A stretch of DNA of 64,000 bases from assembly GCA_965197905.1 (NCBI GenBank), contig CBDAOB010000005.1, forward strand, positions 2,208,001 through 2,272,000. Reading direction: 5' to 3'. Positions 40,254-49,844 of this stretch are shown piece after piece. The translations under genes were made by a program, and so were the position numbers. Source of the stretch: Candidatus Latescibacterota bacterium (GTDB lineage Bacteria; Latescibacterota; UBA2968; UBA8231). Positions within the stretch are counted from its first letter, which is position 1; every line of letters starts with the position of its first letter. The notes under the pieces were generated by a model. It saw only the letters and a list, made by a program, of their open reading frames with translations. It had not been told where the DNA came from and made no database searches.

Positions 40254-41495
40254 TCACTCGCCGATTTGGTGCTGCATGAATTCGGCGTAGGTGCGAGCAG
40301 TCTGCATGACATCGTGTACTCCAACCCGTTCGTCCACGGCGTGTCCGTGCTCGCCCTTGACCCCGTACGAAACGCCGGGTATGCCAGCGTCCTCGATGAA
40401 ATAGTGAAGATCGGTGAAACCGCTGGTGGTGCGAAACTCGGGTGGGCGTCGCCGTATCGTCTGCACCGCTCTGGCGAACGATTTAGGCAATTCGTGTTCA
40501 GGATCTATCGAGCAGGGTTCGATGCGCAGTCTTGTTTCAACGGAAAAGCGGGCCTTGGGCGACTGCTCGGAGGCACGTTTCAAGGTGCTCAACAGCTCCT
40601 TCTCCACCTTGGCGAGGCTCTCGCCAGGAACGAGCCTCCGATCTATGGAGAACGACGATCGACCGGGCACAATGTTTATCTTGTCGCCTTCGCTGCCACC
40701 GAAAACACCTCCCATAATCATGGTCGGCCAGCGTTCGTGTCCGTTGAAATCTCGATAGCAGCGGCGGGGCGCTTCCAACTGCTTGCGAAAACGTTTGAGG
40801 TGACTAACCGCAGAGGCCATAGCCTCGAAGGCGTTGACGCCTACCTTCGGGTTGGAGGCGTGTGATGACCTTCCCACAATTTCTACCACGAGCCAGAGAA
40901 CTCCGTTGTGGGCGCATCCCACACGCGACCCGGCCGCACCCTCGCACACGACGGCGTAGTCCGCTTCAACCAGACCGGAACGCACGATGTGCCCGGCTCC
41001 GAGGTCTCCTCCCGTCTCCTCATCCGCCGTAAAGGAGCATTCGATATTGAAGGCGGGATCGGTACCGGTGCGCCGCATCGCTTCCAACGCCATAAACAAC
41101 GCGGCAATGGAACCTTTCATATCACCGGAACCCCTTCCATAGAGGTTACCGTTGTTCACTGCCGGCTCGAAGGCACTGCCGAAACGCCACGAACCGGAGG
41201 CAGGCACGACGTCGTAGTGGGCGTTGAAGTGCACCGTGTCAGCTGCACCGACCTGCCAGCGGGCGATCAGGTTATAGCGCGGAAACTTGCTCGAGACGGA
41301 AGCTCCTTTTAACGCGTCATCAGGGACCCGGTGGACGCGGACGTCCATGCCTAGAGACGAACAGCGCTTGGCCAATAGGTCGACGATCTGTTTGTAATTC
41401 GACCCAGGTGGGTTAACCGTGGGAATACGGACCAGTTCCTGCAAAAATCGCACGAGAGCAGGTTCGCTTTTGTCTAAATACTCCCTCACCTTCAC
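40254..41495 (-). CDS. M20-family metallohydrolase (ArgE/DapE-like)
   Basis: TVNPPG, NAHYDVVP, GRGSGDMKG, ADEETGG, CEG, HAVDE; start approximate. Confidence 0.88.
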   Translation of the reverse strand: MKVREYLDKSEPALVRFLQELVRIPTVNPPGSNYKQIVDLLAKRCSSLGMDVRVHRVPDDALKGASVSSKFPRYNLIARWQVGAADTVHFNAHYDVVPASGSWRFGSAFEPAVNNGNLYGRGSGDMKGSIAALFMALEAMRRTGTDPAFNIECSFTADEETGGDLGAGHIVRSGLVEADYAVVCEGAAGSRVGCAHNGVLWLVVEIVGRSSHASNPKVGVNAFEAMASAVSHLKRFRKQLEAPRRCYRDFNGHERWPTMIMGGVFGGSEGDKINIVPGRSSFSIDRRLVPGESLAKVEKELLSTLKRASEQSPKARFSVETRLRIEPCSIDPEHELPKSFARAVQTIRRRPPEFRTTSGFTDLHYFIEDAGIPGVSYGVKGEHGHAVDERVGVHDVMQTARTYAEFMQHQIGE

Positions 41496-41616
41496 AATTC
41501 TTCTACCTCGTTTGTTGGGGGGGATAAATATAACGGAAACCGGCATCGATCCAACCGCTCAACTCCCACAGCCACACCAGCTTGGCAGTTGAGGTAGTGG
41601 AGAGGGGAAAATCGGG

Positions 41617-42519
41617 TTACTGTAGCGGAATCGGAAACCAGGCCGGGGAGGTGTCGTCTTCGATGTTTGTCGTCAACTGGACGAGATTCTCCCCATCGGG
41701 ATCGACCATAAATATCTGGAAACTTGCGAGTTCGATGGATTGGAAAGCAATGCGTAATCCATCGGGAGACCAGGCGGCCCCACCGTCGTTGCCCGGTCTG
41801 CGCGTGAGGCGCTTCAGATCGGTGCCGTCGACGTTCATCGAATAAATCTCGAAATCGGCGGCGCGGCTGGATGTGAAAGCAAGCCGTGCACCGTCCGGAG
41901 ACCACGCGGGGGAAGAGTCCCAGGCGGGATGGTCGGTGAGTCGGGCTGTCTCACCGGTGGCCATATCCATGACGTATATCTCGAAGTTTCCGTCACGCCG
42001 ACTCTCAAAGGCAAGTCTGGTGCCATCGGGAGACCACGCGGGGGAGCCATCTCGCTCCCGCCCTGTCGTCAGTTGCACCACGTCGCTGCCATCCGGATTC
42101 ATCATATAGATGTCGAAGTTACCGATCTCTTCCGCAGTGTACGCAATTCTCGAACCGTCGGGAGACCACGCCGGCGCAACATCTTGGCCCGGTCGCTCGG
42201 TAAGGCGGATCTGGTTGGATCCGCCGGCATCCATCACATAGAGCTCGAAGTCCAGATCTCGATCGGAAACGAAGGCAATCTTCGAGCCGTCGGGTGACCA
42301 GCTCGGGGAGCTATCCTGGCCGGGATGATCCGTCAGGTTCAGCTCGTTTGTACCGTCTACGTGAGCGGCGTATATCTCATGGTTGCCCCGACGTATAGAC
42401 TTGTAGGCAAAGCGATTGGCAGAGTTGAACTCAACCGCTGCCGGGCTGTTCGAGTCAGCGCAGCCGACGACTACGAGTGGAACGAGGACCGTCAACAGCG
42501 AACGGCATCTCTGATTCAT
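41617..42519 (-). CDS. TolB-like PD40-repeat beta-propeller lipoprotein
   Basis: Lipobox VVGC; five (P/A)(S/A)WSPDG...AF.S repeats plus a terminal PAWFP. Confidence 0.85.
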   Translation of the reverse strand: MNQRCRSLLTVLVPLVVVGCADSNSPAAVEFNSANRFAYKSIRRGNHEIYAAHVDGTNELNLTDHPGQDSSPSWSPDGSKIAFVSDRDLDFELYVMDAGGSNQIRLTERPGQDVAPAWSPDGSRIAYTAEEIGNFDIYMMNPDGSDVVQLTTGRERDGSPAWSPDGTRLAFESRRDGNFEIYVMDMATGETARLTDHPAWDSSPAWSPDGARLAFTSSRAADFEIYSMNVDGTDLKRLTRRPGNDGGAAWSPDGLRIAFQSIELASFQIFMVDPDGENLVQLTTNIEDDTSPAWFPIPLQ

Positions 42520-42631
42520 CCTGGCGATCTCCGACCAGCAGGCATAAAGCTCCGACGGTGATAATGGGTGGTTCGAGGCTTTTGATGCCTCGAGTTCCAG
42601 TGTCGATTCAAGATAACTTGGAGACTGCCAA

Positions 42632-43768
42632 CTAGCGATTGCGCAGGTCTGTAGAGCTCAGCTCGCTGCGGAAGCACTCGACCGGAATCGCTTCGAACAA
42701 TCCGCCGAATTCGGCGGGAAGCTCCAGGTCTTCGAGACTCCGCCACCGACCTTCGCTGCTGCGGCCGGCGACCAGGAATCTGCAGCCGGCATCGGCCATG
42801 AAAGCGAGTGCCTCCCGCAACCCGCGTTGGCCACCCTCGTAATAGCCTGGATCGAACAGCCGCACTGCGGTATCCATTCCCAACACGAAGCGGCAGTTCT
42901 CGAATTCACCGGCTTTTTCTTGAAACCGTGGCGTTCGAGTCACGATGGCCGAAAATTTACCCCTGATCGGCAGCAGGCGCCGTTCCAGGTCGTCCCTGTT
43001 CAACTCGGGTTTGTCAGCATTGACCACCGAGATCTCCATGCTCGTCGTGCGTCCACTTTGATGCTGCGCCGCCTGCGCCAACTGGACGTGCCCCTCATGG
43101 AGAGGATTAAACGAGCCCGGTAAGAGCAACCGATCGGTTCGATCGAATTCAATCCGGGGCACACCGTCGATGCCGATCTCGATAACATCGACGTTGCCCT
43201 GCAACAGCAGCCCGATCGGATCATCTGTCGGCAGAACCTTCGTTTCAGTTGCGACGAAAGCGGGCAGCTCATACCGCCCGAAAGGAAGTCCCGAGGTTTC
43301 GCAAATGAGGTCGAGGCAAAAGTTGGAGAGTGCTTCCTCTTGCTCGACCCGACCTGACCCACCGCCAAAGCGCAGTACGGAAAAGCGTAGTTCCGCCAAT
43401 CTCCTAAGCGCCACGAACGCCCGATCCTCGCCGCGGCGAATCCGGTTCGTGGCCAACGCTGCGCTGCAGCCCAAACCCATGGTTGTCGCTTTGGCTTCGG
43501 AGAATCGACAACCCCTCGAGAAAGCACGGATAGCCATGTCGCGCGCCGTGCGCTGATTCGAGCCGTGGGGGCCCGGCGCTTGCAAGTACTCCCGCAGGGC
43601 ACGATGGTGATACGGAACCCGGGCTTCCAAAATGCTCCCGGACGCTCCCGGGTGGTTCAGCAACCACGTCAGCAACTCAACACCGCCCCCCGTCGTTGCC
43701 AGAGAAAGGTAGGTTTCCGTGGAAAAGAGGGCCTCGACTTTCGTCCAGGCAGGAGATATCCCGGTCAT
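42632..43768 (-). CDS. CinA/PncC-like domain fused to a nucleotidyltransferase (NadD-like) domain
   Basis: N-half TGGG...PGASGSILEARVPY...TARDMA...GLGCSAALAT; C-half LPGSFNPLHEGH...LGMDT...ELSSTDLR; ATGA overlap with the upstream transporter. Confidence 0.72.
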   Translation of the reverse strand: MTGISPAWTKVEALFSTETYLSLATTGGGVELLTWLLNHPGASGSILEARVPYHHRALREYLQAPGPHGSNQRTARDMAIRAFSRGCRFSEAKATTMGLGCSAALATNRIRRGEDRAFVALRRLAELRFSVLRFGGGSGRVEQEEALSNFCLDLICETSGLPFGRYELPAFVATETKVLPTDDPIGLLLQGNVDVIEIGIDGVPRIEFDRTDRLLLPGSFNPLHEGHVQLAQAAQHQSGRTTSMEISVVNADKPELNRDDLERRLLPIRGKFSAIVTRTPRFQEKAGEFENCRFVLGMDTAVRLFDPGYYEGGQRGLREALAFMADAGCRFLVAGRSSEGRWRSLEDLELPAEFGGLFEAIPVECFRSELSSTDLRNR

Positions 43769-45189
43769 GCGGCGAGTGAACCGACCCAGTCGTAGATCCC
43801 GCGAACACCCCACCCGGTGAGGAACAATCCGCTGACAACATTGAGAACCAGCAGTCCCCAGCCCATCCGCAGGGGTGCAGGAAGAAAGCGACGATCGGTC
43901 CACACCATCAGAAAACACCATAATCCACAGGTCAGCACACCGCCAAAGATGGCAGCCGGCGTGACGATTTGCACGGGATTCCCACCCAACCACATGATCG
44001 CTATACCCCCCAATCCGCAGTAGGCAACAACCCAGGGACGCAACGCTCCAACGGTAGATTGACGAACCCGAGCAACGATTGGCCGCAGGCAGACGTGAGT
44101 CGTGCGCACGTAGAGCTCATAAGCCCCGATGATCGTGCCGAAAAACGCGGTAAAAACGCCCAACTGATACAGGTACACGAGATTGGGGTGAAGCAGGGTG
44201 AGAAATTCGGCCTGAACCGAAAGCAGCTGGATACCTGACGGGACGACTTGCTTGGGATAAAGCACAACCGCCCCCAGGACCATGAACGCGATGGTGAACA
44301 TCACGATGCAGCCAAACGAAACCGAGGTGTCGATCAACGGCGCCCGCAGCCATTTCTTTCCCAGCTCCGTATTCTCGGGATCATGCGCTACAGACACTCC
44401 GTTGGCATCGGCAGTGGAGCTGCGCCCCAGAAGACCCCATCCCTTCTCCTTCAGCATCCCGATGTAACCGAAATAATCCTGGGTGCCTCCACCAATGGCC
44501 CCCAGGTAGGTTCCCATCTCCACCCAGGCTGAACGGGCAGCAATGGTCGGATATTTGGTGGCCACCCAAGGCTCGAATACTGGAATCGAAGGTACCAGAG
44601 CTCCCAGGAACACGGCCAACCAATCTGGCTGCAGCACCAGGGCGGCGACCAGAATACTGATCAGTAGCAAGGCTACGATGAAGGTCTGAGTGCGTTCCAG
44701 CGCCGCATAGCTCTGCACCATGGTCAAGGATATGGCGGCAATGACGAACCCCGTTCCCCAGACCCGCGGATCACCCCAGAATTCAGTTTCACCGAGGTCG
44801 AACATCCACACGGTCAGGCCGCCCAACATCTTGGGCAGTCCGGAGAGCCACAGGGGAAAACAGAGCAGGGTGATCACAGCCAGTACCCAGACGGCCCAGC
44901 CCTGTGGTCCGGGAAGATAGTTCCAGCGCTCTATCGGGTGTTCGCCCGTCAAGGTCGCATAACGGGCGGCCGTATAGACCTGGACAAACTTCATCAGTCC
45001 CCCCCCGACAAAACACCAGAGCATCGTGTAACCGAAGAGGGCACCACCCCTGGACGCAAACACCGTTTCGCCGCTGCCGATGGTTACAGAGGCGATGATG
45101 GCTCCCGGCCCGAACAGACGCAGCATCGCCATGAATCCGCGATCCTTCATGGCGGGGGTTAATTCCGGATACCGTTGGGATTCTGACAT
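43765..45189 (-). CDS. Nramp/YcsG-like divalent-cation or solute transporter
   Basis: FGPGAIIASVTIGSGE in TM1 and about 11 TM segments; lacks the canonical MntH DPGN motif. Confidence 0.75.
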   Translation of the reverse strand: MSESQRYPELTPAMKDRGFMAMLRLFGPGAIIASVTIGSGETVFASRGGALFGYTMLWCFVGGGLMKFVQVYTAARYATLTGEHPIERWNYLPGPQGWAVWVLAVITLLCFPLWLSGLPKMLGGLTVWMFDLGETEFWGDPRVWGTGFVIAAISLTMVQSYAALERTQTFIVALLLISILVAALVLQPDWLAVFLGALVPSIPVFEPWVATKYPTIAARSAWVEMGTYLGAIGGGTQDYFGYIGMLKEKGWGLLGRSSTADANGVSVAHDPENTELGKKWLRAPLIDTSVSFGCIVMFTIAFMVLGAVVLYPKQVVPSGIQLLSVQAEFLTLLHPNLVYLYQLGVFTAFFGTIIGAYELYVRTTHVCLRPIVARVRQSTVGALRPWVVAYCGLGGIAIMWLGGNPVQIVTPAAIFGGVLTCGLWCFLMVWTDRRFLPAPLRMGWGLLVLNVVSGLFLTGWGVRGIYDWVGSLAA

Positions 45190-45225
45190 GGAGCCCTCCA
45201 AGAGCTTTAATTGCGGGGTGGGCAG

Positions 45226-45254
45226 ATGATACCGCGCCCCGATTCCGGTGTCAA
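45226..45254 (-). promoter_or_regulatory. sigma70-type promoter of the Nramp-like operon
   Basis: TTGACA-17 nt-TATCAT. Confidence 0.65.
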
Positions 45255-45408
45255 CGCAGCGTCATCGGGACCAACATACCTGTTTCCAAAGGCGGAAAAA
45301 CCGTGCCGAATCCCCATTGGAAAAGGGTTGGATCACCCTTCGCCGATGCGCCAGAACCCGGGATATCGGCCTGCCACGGTCCCGTTTCTTACCTCACCAG
45401 CATATCGC

Positions 45409-45436
45409 TTGACACTGTCACGGCCGTCTCTATTTT
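45409..45436 (+). promoter_or_regulatory. Putative promoter of the sulfite/nitrite reductase; dyad TGACA-C-TGTCA over the -35
   Basis: TTGACA-16 nt-TATTTT. Confidence 0.5.
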
Positions 45437-45488
45437 AAGTATTTCGAGACACTTGCAGCCATCTACGAGCGGTTGAAGCGAGAGATAT

Positions 45489-47732
45489 ATGGGCGCCAAA
45501 AGCTGGAAGGAACAACTGGCCCGAGAGATCGATGACGACCTGGGCAGGGAGATCGACATCTTCGAAACGCAGATGTCCTTGAGGAAACAAGACAAGATAG
45601 ACGAAGTTCTGTTTGCCGAAACTCGACTTCGCCGTGGCGTGTATGGCCAACGCTACGACAACGGCCAGCGATTCGACGGATCGCAGACGCGAGCGCTGAA
45701 TTATCCAGACGCGAGCACCAAGGGACCGGACACGGTTTGGCACGCACCCGGCATGGTGCGCATCAAGATCCCATTTGGTGGCTTGACCACCGATCAGATG
45801 CACACCTTGGCCGACCTGGCCGAGGAATACTCCGACGAGATCTGCCACGTTACTACGCGGCAGGACATCCAACTCCATTTCGTTCATATCGAAGACACGC
45901 CTGACCTCATGCGCCGGCTGGCCGCCGTGGGCATTACCACTAGAGAGGCGTGCGGCAATTCGGTGCGAAACGTGACCGCCTGCCCCCTGTCGGGCATCTG
46001 CCGAACCGAAACCTTCGACGTGACGCCGTACGCCAAGGCGTGCTCCAAGTTCCTACTGGGGCATCCCGACGTCCAGGATTTCGGGCGCAAATTCAAGATC
46101 GCCTTCTCCGGTTGCAAACACGAAGCGTGCGGCCTCACGAGCATGCATGATATGGGTGCCATTGCCACCACCCGCAAGGTGGATGGAAAAGAGGTGAGAG
46201 GGTTTGAACTCTACGTCGGCGGCGGCCTTGGTGCGGTGCCGCATCAGGCCAAGCTGTTCGATGAATTCGTTCCCGCAGAGGAGCTCTTGTCGACCGCCCA
46301 GGCCATTTCACGAGTCTTCGCACGGTTGGGAGAAAAGGCGAACCGGGCGCGAGCGCGCATCAAGTTCCTGGTCGCGAAATTGGGCATCGAGGAGTTTCGC
46401 AGGTTAGTACTCGAAGAAAAAGCGATCCTGGCCGATGATCCACATTGGTCCGAGTTGGTACGCGACCTGAGCACGGGGGACGAGAAACCGCTGAAACCGG
46501 GTCAGCATCTCAACGGTCAAGACCTGCCGGACGGTTTCGCGGATTGGTATCAAACGAACGTGTACCAACAGCGGCAGCGCGGTTACGCAGTCGCCACCGT
46601 TTCATTGCCTCTTGGGGACATAACCTCGCCGCAGCTCCACGCTCTCGCCGATCTCTGCCGGCGTTTTGTCCTCGATACGGTGCGCGCCACGGTCGAGCAG
46701 AATATCGTGCTGCGCTGGGTTAGCGAGGCTGACCTGCCCGAGCTTTATACCGAGCTCGCCAAGCTCGGACTTGATCAATCTGGAGCCGGCACCATAGTCG
46801 ACGTCACCGCCTGCCCAGGCACCGACACCTGCAAGCTCGGCATTGCTTCCTCGCGCGGTCTGGCGGCAGAGCTGCGCCGACGCCTGGCCGAAAAGAGTCT
46901 CCAGTTCGATGAGTCGATCAAGGATTTGCGCATCAAGATCAGCGGCTGTTTCAATTCCTGTGGGCAGCACCACGTCGCCGATCTCGGATTCTACGGCATC
47001 AGCCGCAAGATCGGCGGATTCACGGTGCCTCACTTCCAGGTGGTTCTTGGAGGCCAATGGTCCGAAAACGCCGCTTCGTTCGGTCAACCGATTGGTGCCA
47101 TCCCGGCCAAGCGCATACCGGATGTCGTCACCCTCATCACCGAGCGTTATATCGAGGAACGGACAAAGCAGGAAAGCTTTCAAGAGTACACCCGGCGAGT
47201 GGGTAAACGGGAGATCAAGGCTATGCTGGAGGATTTGAGCCAGGTTCCCGCGCGGGAGCAGGACCCATCGTTCTTCCATGACTGGGGAGACCCACGGGAG
47301 TTCACCATCGGTGACATGGGCAAGGGGGAGTGCGCCGGAGAAGTCGTTCCGCTCATCCATTTCGAGCTTTCGGCGTGCGAACGCGAGGCTTTCGAAGCCC
47401 AGGTGTTGGTGGATGAGGGCGATTACGAAGCCGCCTGCACGACGGCGTACATGGCCATGGTCCATGCCGCCAAAGCATTGGTAAAAACCCAATTCTTAGA
47501 TATTGCAGAGGATCCGGAAAGGATCGTCGGCGAATTTCGAGCTCGGTTTGTGGAAACTCAGCTCTTCTGGGATAAGTATGCCAAGGACAAGTTTGCCAAC
47601 TACCTGTTCCGCAACCACGAGAATTCCGCGACGGAATTCACCGCCGACTCCGCACGGAGCGTGACCGAAGAAGCGGGTTTGTTTATCGAGGCGACATATC
47701 GGTGCTTCGACGCTATGGCCACTTCAGTGTGA
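45489..47732 (+). CDS. Ferredoxin-dependent nitrite/sulfite reductase (siroheme, 4Fe-4S) with a HEPN-like C-terminal extension
   Basis: RLRRGVYGQR, HVTTRQDIQLH, EACGNSVRN, RKFKIAFSGC, ACPGTDTCKLG, KISGCFNSCGQH; tail DYEAACTTAYMAMVHAAKAL. Confidence 0.9.
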   Translation: MGAKSWKEQLAREIDDDLGREIDIFETQMSLRKQDKIDEVLFAETRLRRGVYGQRYDNGQRFDGSQTRALNYPDASTKGPDTVWHAPGMVRIKIPFGGLTTDQMHTLADLAEEYSDEICHVTTRQDIQLHFVHIEDTPDLMRRLAAVGITTREACGNSVRNVTACPLSGICRTETFDVTPYAKACSKFLLGHPDVQDFGRKFKIAFSGCKHEACGLTSMHDMGAIATTRKVDGKEVRGFELYVGGGLGAVPHQAKLFDEFVPAEELLSTAQAISRVFARLGEKANRARARIKFLVAKLGIEEFRRLVLEEKAILADDPHWSELVRDLSTGDEKPLKPGQHLNGQDLPDGFADWYQTNVYQQRQRGYAVATVSLPLGDITSPQLHALADLCRRFVLDTVRATVEQNIVLRWVSEADLPELYTELAKLGLDQSGAGTIVDVTACPGTDTCKLGIASSRGLAAELRRRLAEKSLQFDESIKDLRIKISGCFNSCGQHHVADLGFYGISRKIGGFTVPHFQVVLGGQWSENAASFGQPIGAIPAKRIPDVVTLITERYIEERTKQESFQEYTRRVGKREIKAMLEDLSQVPAREQDPSFFHDWGDPREFTIGDMGKGECAGEVVPLIHFELSACEREAFEAQVLVDEGDYEAACTTAYMAMVHAAKALVKTQFLDIAEDPERIVGEFRARFVETQLFWDKYAKDKFANYLFRNHENSATEFTADSARSVTEEAGLFIEATYRCFDAMATSV

Positions 47733-47740
47733 GAGCAGAT

Positions 47741-48313
47741 TTGTTGGAATCGAGTCGCTTCAATCTAAAAGTCTTTCTGGAGGTCTGGGGAGTCACGCCG
47801 GAAGAGACCTTCAAGACCTTCAACAATTGGATCTCTGAATCCTCCGGTGATACCTTGATCGACGTGGCGGACTACAGCCACGTGCACGAGGGGCCAATCA
47901 CCCTGCTCGTCGGACACGAGGCCAACTATTGCATCGAACAGAACGATTCGCGTCTCGGCCTCCTGTATTCGCGCAAGCGGCTCAACGGAGGCTCGGGAGC
48001 ACAGCTTCACGCTCTGTTCAAATCTGCCCTGACGGCCTGCTTGCGGCTCGAGCGAGAAGAGAAGCTGCAGGGTCGTGTCAGATTTGGCGGCAACCAGTTC
48101 CTGCTGATCGCCAACGATCGGCTTAACGCTCCCAATTCGGCGGCGAGCATGGAGGTGCTGCACCCTGAGTTGGAAGAGGTGCTGGGTATCCTGTTCGATG
48201 GTGCCGAATTCAGCATCGAGCGCGACCCCGACGATGGGAAGCGCATGGAATTGTCAGTCTCCACAGCCAAGGAGTGCAATGTCGGCACCCTTCTGAGCCG
48301 GCTCACCGCTTGA
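47741..48313 (+). CDS. Uncharacterised protein co-transcribed with the reductase
   Basis: About 190 aa containing LIDVADYSHVHEGP and NDRLNAPN; starts 8 nt after the reductase stop. Confidence 0.7.
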   Translation: MLESSRFNLKVFLEVWGVTPEETFKTFNNWISESSGDTLIDVADYSHVHEGPITLLVGHEANYCIEQNDSRLGLLYSRKRLNGGSGAQLHALFKSALTACLRLEREEKLQGRVRFGGNQFLLIANDRLNAPNSAASMEVLHPELEEVLGILFDGAEFSIERDPDDGKRMELSVSTAKECNVGTLLSRLTA

Positions 48314-48401
48314 CAGTCCAAGGGGGATCGGTATCTTTGCGATATTCTCCCTTTTCTCTTGCCTATTCTACCCGAAATCCTGAACATTTTAGGAGGAAGA
48401 T

Positions 48402-48716
48402 ATGACTTACATCATCGCCGAGCCGTGCGTGGACGTGAAGGACAAAGCGTGCGTGGAGGTTTGTCCGGTTGACTGCATTCATCCGGTCGATGGCGAGGGA
48501 GAAAGCATATTGTACATCGATCCTGACGAATGCATAGATTGCGGGGCTTGTGAGCCCGAATGCCCGGTGGAGGCGATTTTCGCCGAAGAGGATCTGCCCG
48601 AAGAGTGGAGCAAGTATACCGAGATAAATGCCAAGTATTTCGAGTTGAAAGACACTCCGGATGACTGGGCTCAGTACAAACAGGAAAATGCCCAGTACTT
48701 TCAAAAGAAGGAATAG
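48402..48716 (+). CDS. Ferredoxin (FdxA-like, 7Fe/8Fe)
   Basis: [20 protein letters not shown] and [33 protein letters not shown]-16-TATCTT at 48310-48337. Confidence 0.93.
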   Translation: MTYIIAEPCVDVKDKACVEVCPVDCIHPVDGEGESILYIDPDECIDCGACEPECPVEAIFAEEDLPEEWSKYTEINAKYFELKDTPDDWAQYKQENAQYFQKKE

Positions 48717-48745
48717 CGTCGGCTCAACCTGCGATTCGATCGAGT

Positions 48746-48778
48746 AGCCGGAATGTCCAAGGCATTCCGGCTTTTTTT
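48746..48778 (+). terminator. Intrinsic terminator after the ferredoxin
   Basis: AGCCGGAATG-TCCAAGG-CATTCCGGCT-TTTTTT. Confidence 0.85.
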
Positions 48779-48848
48779 GTCTCCTTGACGGCGCTCGTGC
48801 CGAATCAGTACCTTCTTTGCTCTCATTTATCGTCAAGAGGAAATATCA

Positions 48849-49844
48849 ATGGCCAAGAAGAAGAAAAAATCGAAGGGCGGAGTTGCGGTCGACAAGGACA
48901 AGCTCTGGTTCATGTACCGGAAGATGAGCGAGATTCGATACTTCGAAGAGCATGTCTGGGACGTCTATACCCGGGGTTTGATGCCAGGACTGGCTCACTT
49001 ATACATCGGGGAAGAGGGCGTCGCGGTTGGCGCCTGCGCGGCATTGCGCGACGACGACTACATAACCAGCACTCACCGCGGTCACGGGCACTGCCTGGCC
49101 AAGGGCGGCCAGCTAGATCGGATGATGGCCGAGATCATGGGCAAGGAAGCCGGATATTGCCGTGGCAAGGGCGGATCGATGCACATCGCCGATATGTCGG
49201 TTGGGATCCTTGGCGCGAACGGCATCGTAGGGGGCGGATTCGGCATCGCCACCGGTGCCGCGTTCTCCGCCAAGACGAGAAAAACCGATCAGGTTGCCGT
49301 ATGTTTTTTCGGGGATGGCGCGGCGAACCAGGGCATCATGCTGGAGACGATCAATATGGCCGTAATATGGAACCTGCCGGTCATATACCTGTGCGAGAAC
49401 AACCAGTACGGCGAACACACCGCCTACGAGAAGGTCACCGGCGTAAAGAATATCGCCGATCGCGGGCTGGGGATGGGGATCGAATCCAAGATAATGGAGG
49501 GATCGGACGTATTGGAAGTTTACGGCATGGTTGGCGCAGCGGTGGACAAGGCGCGATCTGGAAAGGGACCGACACTGCTGGAGGCCAAGACCTACCGCTA
49601 TCGCGGCCACCACGTGGGAGATTCCGGATATTACCGCACCGACGACGAGGTGAAGTGGTGGATGGAAAACAAGGACCCCATCAAGCTGCTTGGCGATCAT
49701 ATGATCGCCGCTAAGGTGACGACGCAAGAAGAGTTGGATGCCTTGAGCGAGACTGTCGAAGAAGAGGTGGAAAGCGCGGTTGAGTTTGGTAGAGAAGCGC
49801 CGCTTCCGGCCCCTGAACAAGCCTACGAGGACCTATATGCCTGA
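48849..49844 (+). CDS. TPP-dependent dehydrogenase E1 alpha subunit (AcoA/PdhA-like)
   Basis: HLYIGEE, STHRGHGH, GKGGSMH, FFGDGAANQG...ENNQY, TYRYRGH. Confidence 0.93.
   Translation: MAKKKKKSKGGVAVDKDKLWFMYRKMSEIRYFEEHVWDVYTRGLMPGLAHLYIGEEGVAVGACAALRDDDYITSTHRGHGHCLAKGGQLDRMMAEIMGKEAGYCRGKGGSMHIADMSVGILGANGIVGGGFGIATGAAFSAKTRKTDQVAVCFFGDGAANQGIMLETINMAVIWNLPVIYLCENNQYGEHTAYEKVTGVKNIADRGLGMGIESKIMEGSDVLEVYGMVGAAVDKARSGKGPTLLEAKTYRYRGHHVGDSGYYRTDDEVKWWMENKDPIKLLGDHMIAAKVTTQEELDALSETVEEEVESAVEFGREAPLPAPEQAYEDLYA

Noticed and set aside
41630..42330. Recurrent GGGAGACCACGC-like DNA repeats at about 132-bp spacing
   Set aside because: They encode the PD40 WSPDG protein repeats; not a CRISPR array.
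46602..47492. 296-aa minus-strand ORF
   Set aside because: Antisense shadow of the sulfite/nitrite reductase with no recognisable motifs.
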